In this document: piece by piece, positions 13,577 through 26,853 of the stretch
How positions within the stretch are numbered: position 1 is the stretch's first letter
Layout: each line of letters starts with the position of its first letter
DNA from: Eledone cirrhosa
Lineage: Eukaryota
Direction: 5' to 3'
Assembly (NCBI GenBank): GCA_964016885.1
Contig: OZ024743.1
Coordinates: forward strand, 376,712,001 to 376,776,000
Length of the DNA: 64,000 nucleotides
Program-made: the position numbers and the translations under genes
Notes under the pieces: generated by a model
Databases searched by the model: none
What the model was told of the DNA's origin: nothing
Seen by the model: only the letters and a program-made list of their open reading frames with translations

Positions 13577-14964
13577 ATATATATATATATATGCATATAT
13601 ATATATATATATGTGTGTGTATGTGTGTGTGTGTGTGTGTGCGTGTGTGCGTGCGTGCGTGTGTGTATATGTATGTATATATATATATATGTATGTATGT
13701 ATATATATATATATAATCAGAGAGAGGGAGAGAGAGAGCAAGAGTGGGAGTGATATAAGTGGGAGTTATGCTGCAACTTGCCTTTCGTTTCTTCGTTTTC
13801 TTCAGTATATCGATCACAATGCTCCCGGGATGTTTGTTCATAGCTCTGTTCGGTCGGCTGCCTGGAAATAAGTTATAAGTTCAATACCATTAGTATGCAT
13901 TGATTTCTCATAGCTTTCTCATACTGACAGTGGCATGGGTTTTGGTTGTCTGCTTACAAACACTGAGGCGAGGTGGGGTGCGGTTTGCTGGTCTGTCTGA
14001 AACCAAAAATAAATATACAAATAAATAAATAAATAAATAAATAAATAAACAAATAGATAAATAAATAGATAAATAAATAAACTATTATTTCTATTTAATA
14101 TATATATGTTTATTGATCTCACATTTATTTTAACCAGAGAGGAATAACCAATTAGATTACCTTGAGGTCTTATGAATTTTTTCAGCAGATAAACTGATAA
14201 ATTTGTCCGGTTCCAATCATTAACAGAATCTTTACATTCTTTTCTTCTTGACGCCAATTCCCACAATTATCTCTCTCCTTCTTTTTCCTCTTGTCCCTTC
14301 TTTCTCCCTCATTCTCCTTCTTTCTCCTCTTTCCCCTTCTTTCTCCCTCCTTCTCCTCTCTCCCTCATTCTCCTTCTTTCTCTTTCTTTCTCCTTCACTT
14401 CATTCTCACTATATTTCTCTCTCTCTCTCCTTCTCACCCTCACACTCGCTCCCTCTCACGTTCTCTTCCTATCTCTCATCTTCTGCCTCTCTCTGTCTCT
14501 GTCTGTCTCTCTCTCCCTCACTCTCTTCCTATCTGTCTCCTTGTCTCTCTCCATCCCTCTCTATTTATCTCTCCCCCCTCTCTCTCCCTCTTTCTCTTCA
14601 TCTCTCTCTCTCTCTCCCCATATCTCTCTCCCTCCCTCTCTGTTTCCATATCTCTCTCCCTCTCTCCACGTCTCTCTCTTTCTCTATCTCTTCCACCGTT
14701 TCTTTTTTATATATCCCTTTATTTCCTTTTTCTTTTGTGTATGTTTTTATTTAGTATTTCACATTTAACTTCCTTATCACCGCTGATAATTGCCATTATC
14801 AAGGAAATCTCAATATTATTTGTAATTAGGTAAATTATAATGAAATATTCAGTTTGTAAACTTTGTTATTTTGCAATTGTTTATCAGATTACACTCCACA
14901 CAATCACTTGACAATTACAGTCAATAAATAATTTAGACTAGAATAAGAATAATAATGATGATGA

Positions 14965-14998
<34 letters not shown>

Positions 14999-15607
14999 GG
15001 TGGTGGTGGTGGTGATAATGACGACGATGATAATAGTGATAGGGATGATGATGACGGTAATAATGATTATAATGATGATGATGATGATGATGATGATAAT
15101 GGTAGTGTTGGTGATGATATTGATGATGGTGATGATGATGATGAGGATGATGATGATGGTAGTGATGATGATGATGATGATAATGATAACAATAATAATA
15201 ATAAATAGCAACACTAAAATAATATTAATAATCACGATCAACATTTGTAAAAACAACAACAACAACAACAGGCAAAACAACATTAAAACATTAAATAGAT
15301 TTTAAATGATCCCAAAATTAAATAGAGGACAGCATGAAACCATTATTGCAATGATTAGCAAGAATCGTTGATTCATTGCCATTTTTTATAGACAAACAAA
15401 CTACACAGAAAATAAAAAAAAAAAGAATAGTTCCGTTGCGAAAGATTACATAAAACTAATGACCTCATCTGTAACATAAAGCTCTGTTGAGATTGTCTGA
15501 AATTCTACAGATAGAACTTTCTAGTGGCTCTATCAGTTTATTATTTTAAACAACTAAGTATAGATGGATTAGAAAGAAAAATGTTTCTTTAGTCAATAAG
15601 AGTACAG

Positions 15608-15750
15608 TCGTGGCTATGTGGTGAAGACATTTGCTAAGCTACTAAGTTGGTTTCTTGGTTCGATTCCATTGCATGGCAGCTTGGCTGAGTGTCGTTTGCT
15701 GTAGAATGTAGATTCACTTCGGTCAATGTCTTGAGTGAAATATGGCAGGT
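15608..15750 (+). mobile_element. Degenerate tRNA-derived CORE-like SINE
   Basis: TGGCTATGTGG A box, GGTTCGATTCC B box and CTTGGCTGAGTGTC core-like segment. Confidence 0.55.
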
Positions 15751-15844
15751 AAGCAGATAGATAAAAAGATAAAATAATAGATCGACCTATCGACCGATAG
15801 ATAGCTAGAGTGATAGCTAGCTAGCTAAATAGATAGATAAATAA

Positions 15845-15880
<36 letters not shown>

Positions 15881-17524
15881 GTTTCTTTTATTTGCCACTA
15901 GGGCATCAAAAGTGGGACAAGTACAAAGGGGGGAGTTTACACGAAAAGGCGTCCTCAATAAGGAGGAGGCAATAACAAAATATAAAAATAAAATAAGATA
16001 TAACAAAAAATAAAATTTTTAACAAAATCCTCAATAGAGAGGAGGCGCCTTGGGGGGTCGCACACACCCTCGAAAAAAGTGTGCAACCCTTCTCCTCAGG
16101 AGCACAGAGAAGGGGTGCTCCCTTGGTCTTTCATCTTCCTCACCTATAGTCTGATGTAGAGTGAAGGCCCATTCACACGGGCCATTCTCGCCACTTTCAC
16201 CCATCTTTCATAGAAACGGCTGGGGTGCAGCACCTCTCTCTCCATCCTGATCCTTCTTCCGAAATGATATCGGAAGAAACGGACCAGTTGTTGGCCAGAG
16301 AGAAAGGTGCCTGACCTCAGTCCTTTCAGACGCGTCCACCATACAACCTCTTTCGCCATGGCTATTACGCACAGAAACACCGCCTCTGCTTCGTCTTTGA
16401 AGGGGGGAGGCGGCTTGATCATTACAATAGACTCGGTGGTCAACCGGATCGGTCCCACCCTTGACAGCAGTTGTTCGACATAGCCCCACAGATCGGCTAC
16501 GCCCGAGCAGTGTACCAATGCGTGTGCAACGGTTTCCTCGTCGCACACGCATCTGGGACAGATCTTTTTGGCGGGGTCCCTACCCGGGCGCCCGTGTCTG
16601 TAGAGCCTTTCTCGAACGGGTAAAGCCCCTCGGTAGCACTGCCAGGCCAGGGACTTCTGGAAGTTGTCCATAGGTCCCGGGCTGAATGTCCTACCGAACA
16701 GGCTGGCCAGTTCGTCCTCCTCCATGTCTAGGGCTTCTCCGAGGGCGTCGTCGCACCTGCTGCGTACCAGCCCTCTATAGAATGTTGCGGTGGAGTCTCC
16801 ACTGATAACCGGATCCGCCTGCCAGAGGGCGGTGAGCGCCTGGGCACACTCAGTGTGCCAGGCGCCCAGTTTTCTCGGTCTTTGCTTGACCCAGGATTGC
16901 AGCTCGGTGAGTGAGACGAGTCTGGGAAAGGTTCGTCTCACAAACGAGGCCCACACCGGTTGTCCGGTGAGGAATACGTAGAGGTGCCGTAGCCTTAATG
17001 CGTGTTTACGCATCATTAGCCACGGCATCCCCAGCCCTCCTTTCGAAGGGTGTTGACAGCAGATGGATCTCCTCACCATAGGAGCCCGCCTCTTCCAAAG
17101 GAATTGGAAGAGCGCGCGCTCCATCTTGGTGAGGGTTTCCCTTGGGCAGGGCACTACGGTCAGGCGGTAGTAGATGACGGACGCTATGTAGGTGTTCGCC
17201 ACCTCCGCCCGACCTTTCAGGGATAGTTTGCAACTGGCCCACTTCTGGGTCAGTGCAAACACCCTGTTCGTAACCTCCGCCCAGTTTTTCTCCACCTGGA
17301 GGTCCGGTCCGAACCAGACCCCGAGCAACTTCACCGGGCCCTCCGTCCAGCGTCCGACGACGCCATCGGAGGGCATCGGTCTGCCCCTCCACGTGCCGAG
17401 TTGCAAACCGATCGACTTGTCCCGGTTCAGCTTAGCCCCTGTGAACTTTTCGTACTCCTCCAGTAAGGTGCCGACCGCCTCGATTTCGGAGGCCGTCGAC
17501 ACCATTACTGTCACGTCATCGGCC
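15881..17524 (-). mobile_element. Tx1/L1-clade non-LTR retrotransposon, 5'-truncated copy 1, flanked by (GATA)n
   Basis: Open ORF2 remnant 17524-16144: ADDVTV, GAKLNRDKS, KLLGVWF, LSLKGR, GGLG, zf-RVT-like LAWQCYRGALPVRERL..CPRC..ETVAHALVHC. Followed by a 3' UTR ending GCAAATAAAAGAAAC-(TATC)n. Confidence 0.92.
16144..17524 (-). pseudogene. Truncated ORF2 (RT C-terminal half, thumb, CCHC zinc finger) of the Tx1-like LINE
   Basis: About 460 uninterrupted codons starting at the catalytic ADD. No endonuclease or N-terminal RT. Confidence 0.9.
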
Positions 17525-17597
<73 letters not shown>

Positions 17598-17598
17598 T

Positions 17599-18585
17599 GT
17601 TTCTTTTATTTGCCACCAGGGCATCAAAAGTGGGACAAGTACAATGGGGGGAGTTTACAAAACAAGGCGTCCTCAATAAGGAGAAGGCAATAACAATATA
17701 TAAAAATAAAATAAAATATAACAAAAAATAAAATTTATAACAAAGTCCTCAATAGAGAGGAGGTGCCTTGGGGGGTCGCACACACCCCCGAAAAAAGTGT
17801 GCAACCCTTCTCCTCAGGAGCACAGAGAAGGGGTGCTCCCTTGGTCTTTCATCTTCCTCACCTATAGTCTGATGTAGAGTGAAGGCCCATTCACACGGGC
17901 CATTCTCGCCACTTTTACCCATCTTTCATAGAAACGGCTGGGGTGCAGCACCTCTCTCTCCATCCTGATCCTTCTTCCGAAATGATATCGGAAGAAACGG
18001 ACCAGTTGTTGGCCAGAGAGAAAGGTGCCTGACCTCAGTCCTTTCAGACGCGTCCACCATACAACCTCTTTCGCCATGGCTATTACGCACAGAAACACCG
18101 CCTCTGCTTCATCTTTAAAGGGCGGAGGCGGCTTGATCATTACAATAGACTCGGTGGTCAACCGGATCGGTCCCACCCTTGACAGCAGTTGTTCGACATA
18201 GCCTCACAGATCGGCTACGCCCGGGCAGTGTACCAATGCGTGTGCAACGGTTTCCTCGTCGCACACGCATCTGGGACAGATCTTTTTGGCGGGATCCCTA
18301 CCCGGGCGCCCGTGTCTGTAGAGCCTTTCTCGAACGGGTAAAGCTCCTCGGTAGCACTGCCAGGCCAGGGACTTCTGGAAGTTGTCCATAGGTCCCGGGC
18401 TGAATGTCCTACCGAACAGGCCGGCCAGTTCGTCCTCCTCCATGTCTAGGGCTTCTCCGAGGGCGTCGTCGCACCTGCTGCGTACCAGCCCTCTATAGAA
18501 TGTTGCGGTGGAGTCTCCACTGATAACCGGATCCGCCTGCCAGAGGGCGGTGAGCGCCTGGGCACACTCAGTGTGCCAGGCGCCC
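17599..18585 (-). mobile_element. Tx1-like LINE, 5'-truncated copy 2
   Basis: Nearly identical to 15881-16868, with a premature stop (TGG>TGA near 18204). (GATA)n on both sides. Confidence 0.92.
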
Positions 18586-18616
<31 letters not shown>

Positions 18617-18639
18617 CAGGTAGATACATAGATAGATAT

Positions 18640-19062
18640 CTTTCTTTATTTGCCACAGGGGAGTCAAAAATGGGACATTACAAGACGTGACGGCGGGGGC
18701 TTTACATAAAAATCATATAACTTTAACACTAATAAATAACAATAAACTATATATAATAAAATAACAATTGAAATCCCCAATAGGAGGGAACGTTACTGCA
18801 GCGTTGTTTTACACCCCGTGGATAGAACAACCCTCAACACCAGGAACACGATTTGTAGGTGTTCCTGTCTTCCCTCTGTTTATCTTCCTCAACCTACAGG
18901 TTTATATACAGAGAAGGCACATTCACTCGGGCCATTTTTGCCACATTCACCCACCTTTCAGCGAATTTACTGGGGTGTAGCACCTCTCTCTCCACTCTCA
19001 CCTTCCTTCTGAAGTGGTACTTAAAGAAGGGGATAAGTTGTTGTTCGGAGAGAAAGGTGTTT
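18640..19062 (-). mobile_element. Tx1-like LINE, diverged subfamily, copy 3
   Basis: Translates TFLSEQQLIPFFKYHFRRKVRVEREVLHPSKFAERWVNVAKMARVN, homologous to the ORF2 end. The 3' UTR is diverged but has the same GCAAATAAAGAAA terminus. (GATA)n on both sides. Confidence 0.88.
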
Positions 19063-19094
19063 GATAGATAGATAGCTATAGATAGATAGACAGG

Positions 19095-19130
<36 letters not shown>

Positions 19131-19151
19131 AGCTATAGATAGATAGACAGG

Positions 19152-19260
<109 letters not shown>

Positions 19261-19689
19261 TGAATGCATGCAGGTAGGTAGATAGATAGATAAATTGATA
19301 GCAAGACAGATAAATAGACCGTCATTTAGAGATAGACATACAGTCATATAGATAGACAGAAGACTGACTGTCAGTCAGAGATATAGATAGGCTGCAATGA
19401 TTTAATTGTACCATATATTTCAAGCAAATATTCACTTGTCAGTATTTGTCATAACCCTTTAAACCACGTGTCAATAAATAACCCTCAGCTACTTTCACTT
19501 TCACTTTTCTTAAACCTTCAAATATTATATATATATATATATACATACATATGTTTCTCTCTCACTCTCTCTCTCTTTCTTTTCTCTCTCTCTCTCTTTC
19601 CCTCTCTTTATTCCCCCCCCCCCCCCTTCAACTGATGTTTTCACATTGCCAGCTTACTGTCAGCCAATGTTCAAAAACAATATTATTGA

Positions 19690-20930
19690 CAATTGTCGAC
19701 AGGTCGGTGATGTGGTGCGGTGTGACGGTGTGGTGTGGTGTGTCGCTGATGTGGTGCGGTGTTGTGGTGATGTGTTAGTGTGATGTGTTAGTGTGATGTG
19801 ATGATTTGTTTGTGTGCTGTGGTGGTGTAGTACTGTGTGATAGTGGTGTATGTAATACTGCAAGGGTAATGTGCTTTGGTAATAGTGTGGTGTTTTGTAT
19901 GTTTGTGTGTGGTTGTTGTGTGTGTTGTAGTGCTATAATTATGTGGTATTCAGCATCGGTAGAGGGTTGGAGGCCATGCTTTGACGCATAGAGTTACGGC
20001 CCTTGCTATTCTGAGTTCAAATCCCGCCGAGTTTAACTTTGCCTTTCATCCTTACGGGGTCGATGAAATAAAGTACCAGTAATGCACTGGGTATTTGCTG
20101 ACCTTGTGCCAAAAGTAGAAACAATTATGGTAATCTGATAGTATAGTGTGTGGGCACGTATGTATGTATGCATGTATGTGTCTATTTGTATGTGTTTGTA
20201 TGTGTGTGTATGTATGTGTATCTGTGTGTGTGTGTATGTATTTGTATGTGTTTGTATGTGTGTGTATCTGTGTGTATGTGTGTGTGCCTGTGGTGTGTGT
20301 ATGTGTTTGTATGTGGTGTGTGTGTGTATCTGTGGTGTGTGTATGAGTTTGTATGTGTGTGTATCTGTGTGTGTGTGTGTGGTGTGCTGTAGTAGTTAGT
20401 GGTGAGGATGTATTGTGTGGTAGTTTTCTTTATTGTTTGTAGTGACGTGGTGTGGTGGTGATACGGTAGTGTGTTTTGTGTGTGTATATGTATGGTAGTC
20501 TAATAGTGCATGTTTCTGGCAGTGTGACAAAGTAGTTTGTGTGTGGTTCGGTAGTGTGGTAGTGTGACAATGTGGTTTGTGTGTGGTGCGGTAGTGTGGT
20601 AGTGTGACAGTGTGTATGTGTGTGGTGCGGTAGTGTGGTAGTGTGACAATGTGGTTTGTGTGTGGTGCGGTAGTGTGGTAGTGTGACAGTGTGTATGTGT
20701 GAATGTTGTGGCAGTATTTATCATGGTTGTGTGATATGATAATGATGATTGATGTGGTGATGTGATATGGTTGTGTGATTTGTGTGTGTGTGTGTGTGTT
20801 GCGGTAGTATGTGCATTTGTGTGTGTATGTGTGCTGCAGTAGTGTTTCTGTGTGTGTGTGTGTCTGTGTGTGTCTGTGTGTATGTGTGTGTGTGCAGCAG
20901 TAGTGTGTGGTGTATGTGTGATATGGTTGA
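19690..20930. repeat. Degenerate TG-rich low-complexity region with a ~39-bp tandem unit at about 20520-20700
   Basis: Repeated GTGTGGTGCGGTAGTGTGGTAGTGTGACA. Confidence 0.75.
19948..20127 (+). mobile_element. SINE family A
   Basis: GAGTTCAAATCCC B box, GCCTTTCATCCTTACGGGGTCGATGAAATAAAGTACCAG and tail CCTTGTGCCAAAAGTAGAAACAATT. Confidence 0.88.
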
Positions 20931-20969
20931 GAAACAAGCACCCTGCAGTTATAAATGACTGAAACAAAT

Positions 20970-21752
20970 TTAATTGTTTCTACTTTAGGCACAAGGCCAG
21001 TAATACCCAGTGCATTACTGGTACTTTATTTTATCGACCCCGTATGGATGAAAGGCAAAGTTAACCTGGGCGGGATTTGAACTCAGAATGGCAAGGGCCG
21101 TAACTCTTTGCGTCAAAGCATGGCGTCCGACCCACTACCGATACTGCCAATGAACAAATATAATTGTTTCTACTTTAGGCACAAGGCCAGCAATTACCCA
21201 GTACATTACTGGTACTTTATTTTATCGACCCCGTAAGGATGAAAGGCAAAGTTAACCTCGGCGGGATTTGAACTCAGACTGTAAAGGGACGTAACTATGC
21301 TAGAAAACATGGCGTCCAACCCTCTACCGACACTGCCAATTCACCGCCCTCAATGAACAAATATAATTGTTTCTACTTTTGGCACAAAGCCAGCAAATTA
21401 TTCCAGAGTATTACTGGTACTTTATTTTATCGACCCCGTAAGGATGAAAGGCAAAGTTAACCTCGGCGGGATTTGAACTCAGAATGGCAAGAGCCGTAAC
21501 TCTATGCGTCGAAGCATGGGGTCCGCTCCTCTACCTATACTGCCAATCCACGAACAAATATAATTGTTTCTAATTTAGGCACAAGGCCAACAAATACCCA
21601 GTGCATTACTGGTACTTTATTTTATCGACCTCGTAAGGATGAAAGGCAAAGTCAACCTCGGCGGGATTTGAACTCAGATCGTAAAGGGACTTAACTATGC
21701 TGGAAAGCATTGCGTCCGACCCTCTACCGATACTGCCAATCCACCACCCTTC
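20970..21752 (-). mobile_element. Tandem array of four family A SINE copies (about 190-200 bp each)
   Basis: Units start near 20970, 21160, 21362 and 21560, joined by GAACAAATAT. Confidence 0.92.
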
Positions 21753-22545
21753 GAACAAATATAATAAAAGCTAAATAGACGAGGCTATTTCTATGCCACT
21801 GGGGATTCTATCCGCAAGTTTCATTATCGGAGACAAAATAATCCTGAAAGAAGACATCTCTATTCCTTCACAAATAAATACCACATCACATTCTGCTATA
21901 AGACGGTTAGACATTTCTTATTTGAACAGAATTACCAGAGAATCACACATCAAATATTCAAACTAAACCCAGAAACAATAAATACAGAGAAGAAAGGAAT
22001 ATTTTCTTGGAGGAAATTAATCAAATTAATCAAATGTATGACACACACTCATATACACACGCACACAAACAGACACATGCACACACACACACACACACGC
22101 GCATACACAAACACACGCGCGCATACACACACAATACAAACACATACACACCACTTTTATACACACACATATACACACACACACACGCATACAACACATA
22201 CACAACACAAACACACGTTCACACAGAACACAACAATCACACCCACGTATACAATTGCATATATAGATAACACAACACAAGCACACATTCACACACACAT
22301 ACACACAACAATCACACACATATACATACAACACACAGCATACAACACACGTACTTATACACACACATTCACTCACATATACACAACACACACAGCATAC
22401 ATACATATACAGACACACACAGACCCATATAAAACAAACAATTCCTAGATTTTGCCAACAAACCGTCTTTACGTTCTTTCAGCGTTTGTCTCTTGGTTTC
22501 TTCAACTCTTTTCTATTGTATATTTATTACACCCACCCCACCCCT

Positions 22546-23085
22546 ACGTGGCTGAGTGGTTAGGGTGTTGGATTCCAGAGATCGGTAACATGACACTGTA
22601 TGTTGTGTCCTTGAGCAAGACTCTTTATTTCACATTCCTCCAGTGTACTCTATACATTTCTAGGGTGAAACGTTTCCGTCGCACTCTTTACTCCCTGGTC
22701 ATTGGCACAGTTCCAGAAAGTCATTCGCGGTGGAATTGTGCTCTATTGAAAAAGACTATTTATTTTACGTTGCTCCAGTTTACTCGTACAATTCCAGACC
22801 TGCAATTAAGAGGTTGTGAGTTCGATTCTCGGGCCGGGTGATGCGTTGTGTCCTTGAGCAAGACACCTTATTTCACGTTGCTCCAGTTCACTCAGCAGTA
22901 GAAATGAGTTGCCACGTCACTGGTGCCAAGCTGTATTGGTCATTGCCTTTCCCTTGGACAACATCTGTAGCGTAGAGAGGGAAGACTGGTTTGCATGGGC
23001 AACTACTGGTCTTCCACAAATGACCTTGTCCAGCAGGCAAACTTACTAGGTGCAAAACCATCGTCATTAGTGACCGATGGGATCC
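22546..23085 (+). mobile_element. Cluster of CORE-like SINE copies and fragments (family B)
   Basis: GTGGCTGAGTGGTTAG head at 22548, GTGTCCTTGAGCAAGAC core at about 22605 and 22848, longest copy about 22795-23085. Confidence 0.8.
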
Positions 23086-23268
23086 TATAATTACAATATA
23101 CACGCACACGCGCACTCATATATATTTAAAACACAACAGTAAAACTCATATATATTACAATATGCACAATATATACTGTTTATTAAAATATTAAGAAAGT
23201 ATAAAAAGTTTATACCTTTAAATAGTATCAAAAGTTTAAATTAAAATAAATGTTTGAATAATAGTTTT

Positions 23269-23468
23269 NNNNNNNNNNNNNNNNNNNNNNNNNNNNNNNN
23301 NNNNNNNNNNNNNNNNNNNNNNNNNNNNNNNNNNNNNNNNNNNNNNNNNNNNNNNNNNNNNNNNNNNNNNNNNNNNNNNNNNNNNNNNNNNNNNNNNNNN
23401 NNNNNNNNNNNNNNNNNNNNNNNNNNNNNNNNNNNNNNNNNNNNNNNNNNNNNNNNNNNNNNNNNNNN
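23269..23468. other. Assembly gap (200 N)
   Basis: Run of N. Confidence 1.
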
Positions 23469-23631
23469 ACCAACATTTTGCTGGGATTACACTACTAACT
23501 TGGAGTGATTTATTCTCACGGCGTTACAACCTAAGCTCTACGGAAAAGCACCATAATTATCTGCATATAAAACTATATGTAGGTATGTGTGTCTATGTGT
23601 GTATGTATATATCTGCGTATATATATATATA

Positions 23632-23686
<55 letters not shown>

Positions 23687-23791
23687 GTGTGTGTATCCCA
23701 AGTTCAATCGGTGGTAACCACTGTAAGGTACTCAATACATAGTAGAGTATATACAATATTTAGAAGACATTCCTATATTAAAACATTATAC

Positions 23792-23884
<93 letters not shown>

Positions 23885-26853
23885 GTTTAATTCGAGAAGG
23901 GAGGAGAGTACATAACCAATTTCAGGGCGACTAAGTTTAATGAGATGGAGAGATAAGGTTATCCTCAAACTGGAAACCTGGTAAAAAAAATCCTTGTAAT
24001 ATTAAAGGTGTTTCTATTTAAAATTTTTATTTGTTAAAATATCTGAATCCCAGTTTAGAAAAATACAGATATTCTTAAAGGCATTGGTGTCTTTGGTAAT
24101 GTTTAAAACTAAAAAAGTGGACCAATTGGCTTAATTATCTTATAAGCGTTGAATGTAGTAATATTATCGTGGAAGAATCATACAGAAAAACAAAAAACTG
24201 TTAAACTTATTTTAAATTTATCATTCATTTCGTGGTGTCCTAATTTTCGTTGCTCCCTTTGCGACCTGGTCATTGAAACAGTTTCATGACCCTTCCGTTG
24301 TGTAATTGCTTTGGTTCCAGCGGTCTCAGATCAAGTTTCTTGCCAAACAAGGACAACTCTGGCGAGATTAAGTACAGTTTTAAGAAATGTTATCTTCTTT
24401 TGTGTGAATTTAATTATAATTCTGTCCAATGTAATTTGGGCACAAGGCGGGGGAGGGGATAACGTCCTATCGATGTAAACGTAATGATAGGTGGTAGTAT
24501 AACAAACATCAGGAAATATTATTGACTCTTTATCGCTCCCTGTAAGCCTATTAGGGAGAGAGCTAACACGAGTGGCTCTACATATTTACTTGACGCACTA
24601 AAAGTAGCAACCAAATCTCTCTCAAATTATCTCCTACCATTATAAAAAAGGACCCGTTAGAAAAGGTGATCCTAGTTTAATAAAGGCGTGATTGTGACAA
24701 CAGCAGGAATGCCATTTGTCTATAGACTTACTTGTGGCTAAATAGCAACAACCATTGGCCACCGTTCTCCCCTCTTTATTTCTAATTGACAAAGCATATT
24801 CCTTTTGTGTTCTGTGATAATGTACTTTCACTTTCACTATCCAACTATTACAACTATGAAATTAGTTTTAACAAAAACAAAACAAAAGACAAGAACAAAA
24901 ACAAAAACTTCCAAACATTTCTTTCTATATTTATTTGTGTTTTGTGTTGGTTTGGAAGAGGGGTGGGATGGCAGGAGTTGCTAATCTTATATTTTGGATT
25001 TTTAATTATTTGATTAAAATTCCTTGCAAAAGAAAAAATAGAATATTTCATTAAGTAAGAAAAAATTATTAAATTCAATCTGAAATTGTATCGTTGAATA
25101 GGCGGAAATGTGTATTTTTTTTTAGAAAAAGGAATGAATTATTCTTTGTATCCCAATTAATATACCAATTAAACTACTTTTATTTTTTTATTCTATACTA
25201 TTGATCTAGTTTCTGGCTAATAAGCAAGATTACTTTATTAATGGAATTTCAATTAGACCTACTCTTCTGTCTATTTGTTAGAAAATTGCTCAGCAAAATA
25301 AAGTAAAATACCAATGACTATTATTGAATTTTAATTCTGCGGTGGTAAATTCTATAGTGGAGGCTTCATTAGTTACGATAGACCGAGCTTCCTGTTAACA
25401 TTGGTTTCATTGGCAAAGTTCTTATTGCATTAAATAATTCGATGAAAAGAGAGAAAAAATGATAAAGACATCCTCCTACAATAAGATTAGTTTTGAATAT
25501 AAAAAAAATTATTTTCTATAAACTTGTTTTTCAATATACTTTTTTTTTTATATATTGTTTTTAATTTAAAATATGTTTAAAATTATATTTCTGTAAAAAT
25601 GTTTTTCTTTGCTTTTCTTAGTCTAATTTTTGCCAAATTTTCAATATCTTTCCATTTTTACATTACATCCATGTTATAAGAATGTAATATCTCACTTTCT
25701 CTTATATCAAATTTTGTTTTTGTTTATCTTTTCTATTTTCTTTTTTTTTATTTGTCCCCTCCCCATTCCTGTCTAAAATATTTGCTAATTCATGTGAAAT
25801 ATTTCTATAGGTGATTCAATTTATGTTATTCTTTCAGGCACCATTGCTTTTCATTGAGTGATATTAAAAAATAGAAAAATTAAAATAAATATCGGCGCTA
25901 TTGTTGGGCTGTAATAATCTTACCCCAAAGCACAATAACTTAATATTGTTCCTACATTAAGTCATATCACCTTGCTTTCCTTCTTTTCATTTAAATCGTC
26001 TTTCGCAGCAGCTCATACAGAGTCTACAGACCATTTGGTAAAAGGAGAACTATTTAGCAAACATATGCCCAAAGCAAGAATGTTTCAATATAATAGCGCT
26101 ATAATGAACATTTGACTGGTGAAGAAGATAAAGAGATGGTACTTGTAGAGAGCATTGGCCATATTTACAGTTCTTCTTCACCTTCTTTCTCTCTTTATGC
26201 TAGTTTAGATAATGATATAAATTGACATGTAATATTTTTATTAAATATTAATATCCACTTTATACATTTATTCTCAGTCTTGAAATAATTTTTCTGTCAC
26301 TGAGAAAAGTAAGCTGAAATATAATCTTCCAATTTGCTATATTAACAACAATTTCTTTAATAAATGATAGACATTGCCAAAGAAAAGAGGGATAAAAATC
26401 TTAAACAGAAACACAAGAAGAGTTTAGACAACAACAGAGATATTTAGAACATAAATATACATCATCATCGGCGTCGTCGTCATCATCATCATTGTCGTCA
26501 TTATCATCATCATGATCATCATCACCATCACCATCATCTTCATCATCATTATCATCATCATCGTCATCTTAATCATTATCCTCGACGTTGTCATCATCAT
26601 CATCGTCATCACCTTAAACATTATCCATGATGTCTTCGTTTTAATTGCCCACCTCCTCCCCTCCACCTTCTTCTCCTCCTCCTCACCCCTCATAATAATC
26701 ATCATCATTATGCATTAACATTTCCTGGTGGAATGGGTTGGAAGAGATATCACGGTTTATGATGAAAAAAAACACACATTAAAATGCCACAGAGAGAAAA
26801 ATATACAAATTGTTATTTTTTTAGAGCTGTCTAGAATAATTCCATTTCATATT

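Noticed and set aside
16144-17724. 526-aa ORF as a real gene
   Set aside because: Chimeric read-through: the first ~66 codons are the 3' UTR of LINE copy 2 plus (TATC)n (IYLS repeats), fused by chance in frame to truncated ORF2.
25990-26170. Possible host exon in unique sequence (also about 13260-13345)
   Set aside because: No recognisable protein similarity or consistent splice and frame support by eye; small exons cannot be excluded without RNA-seq.
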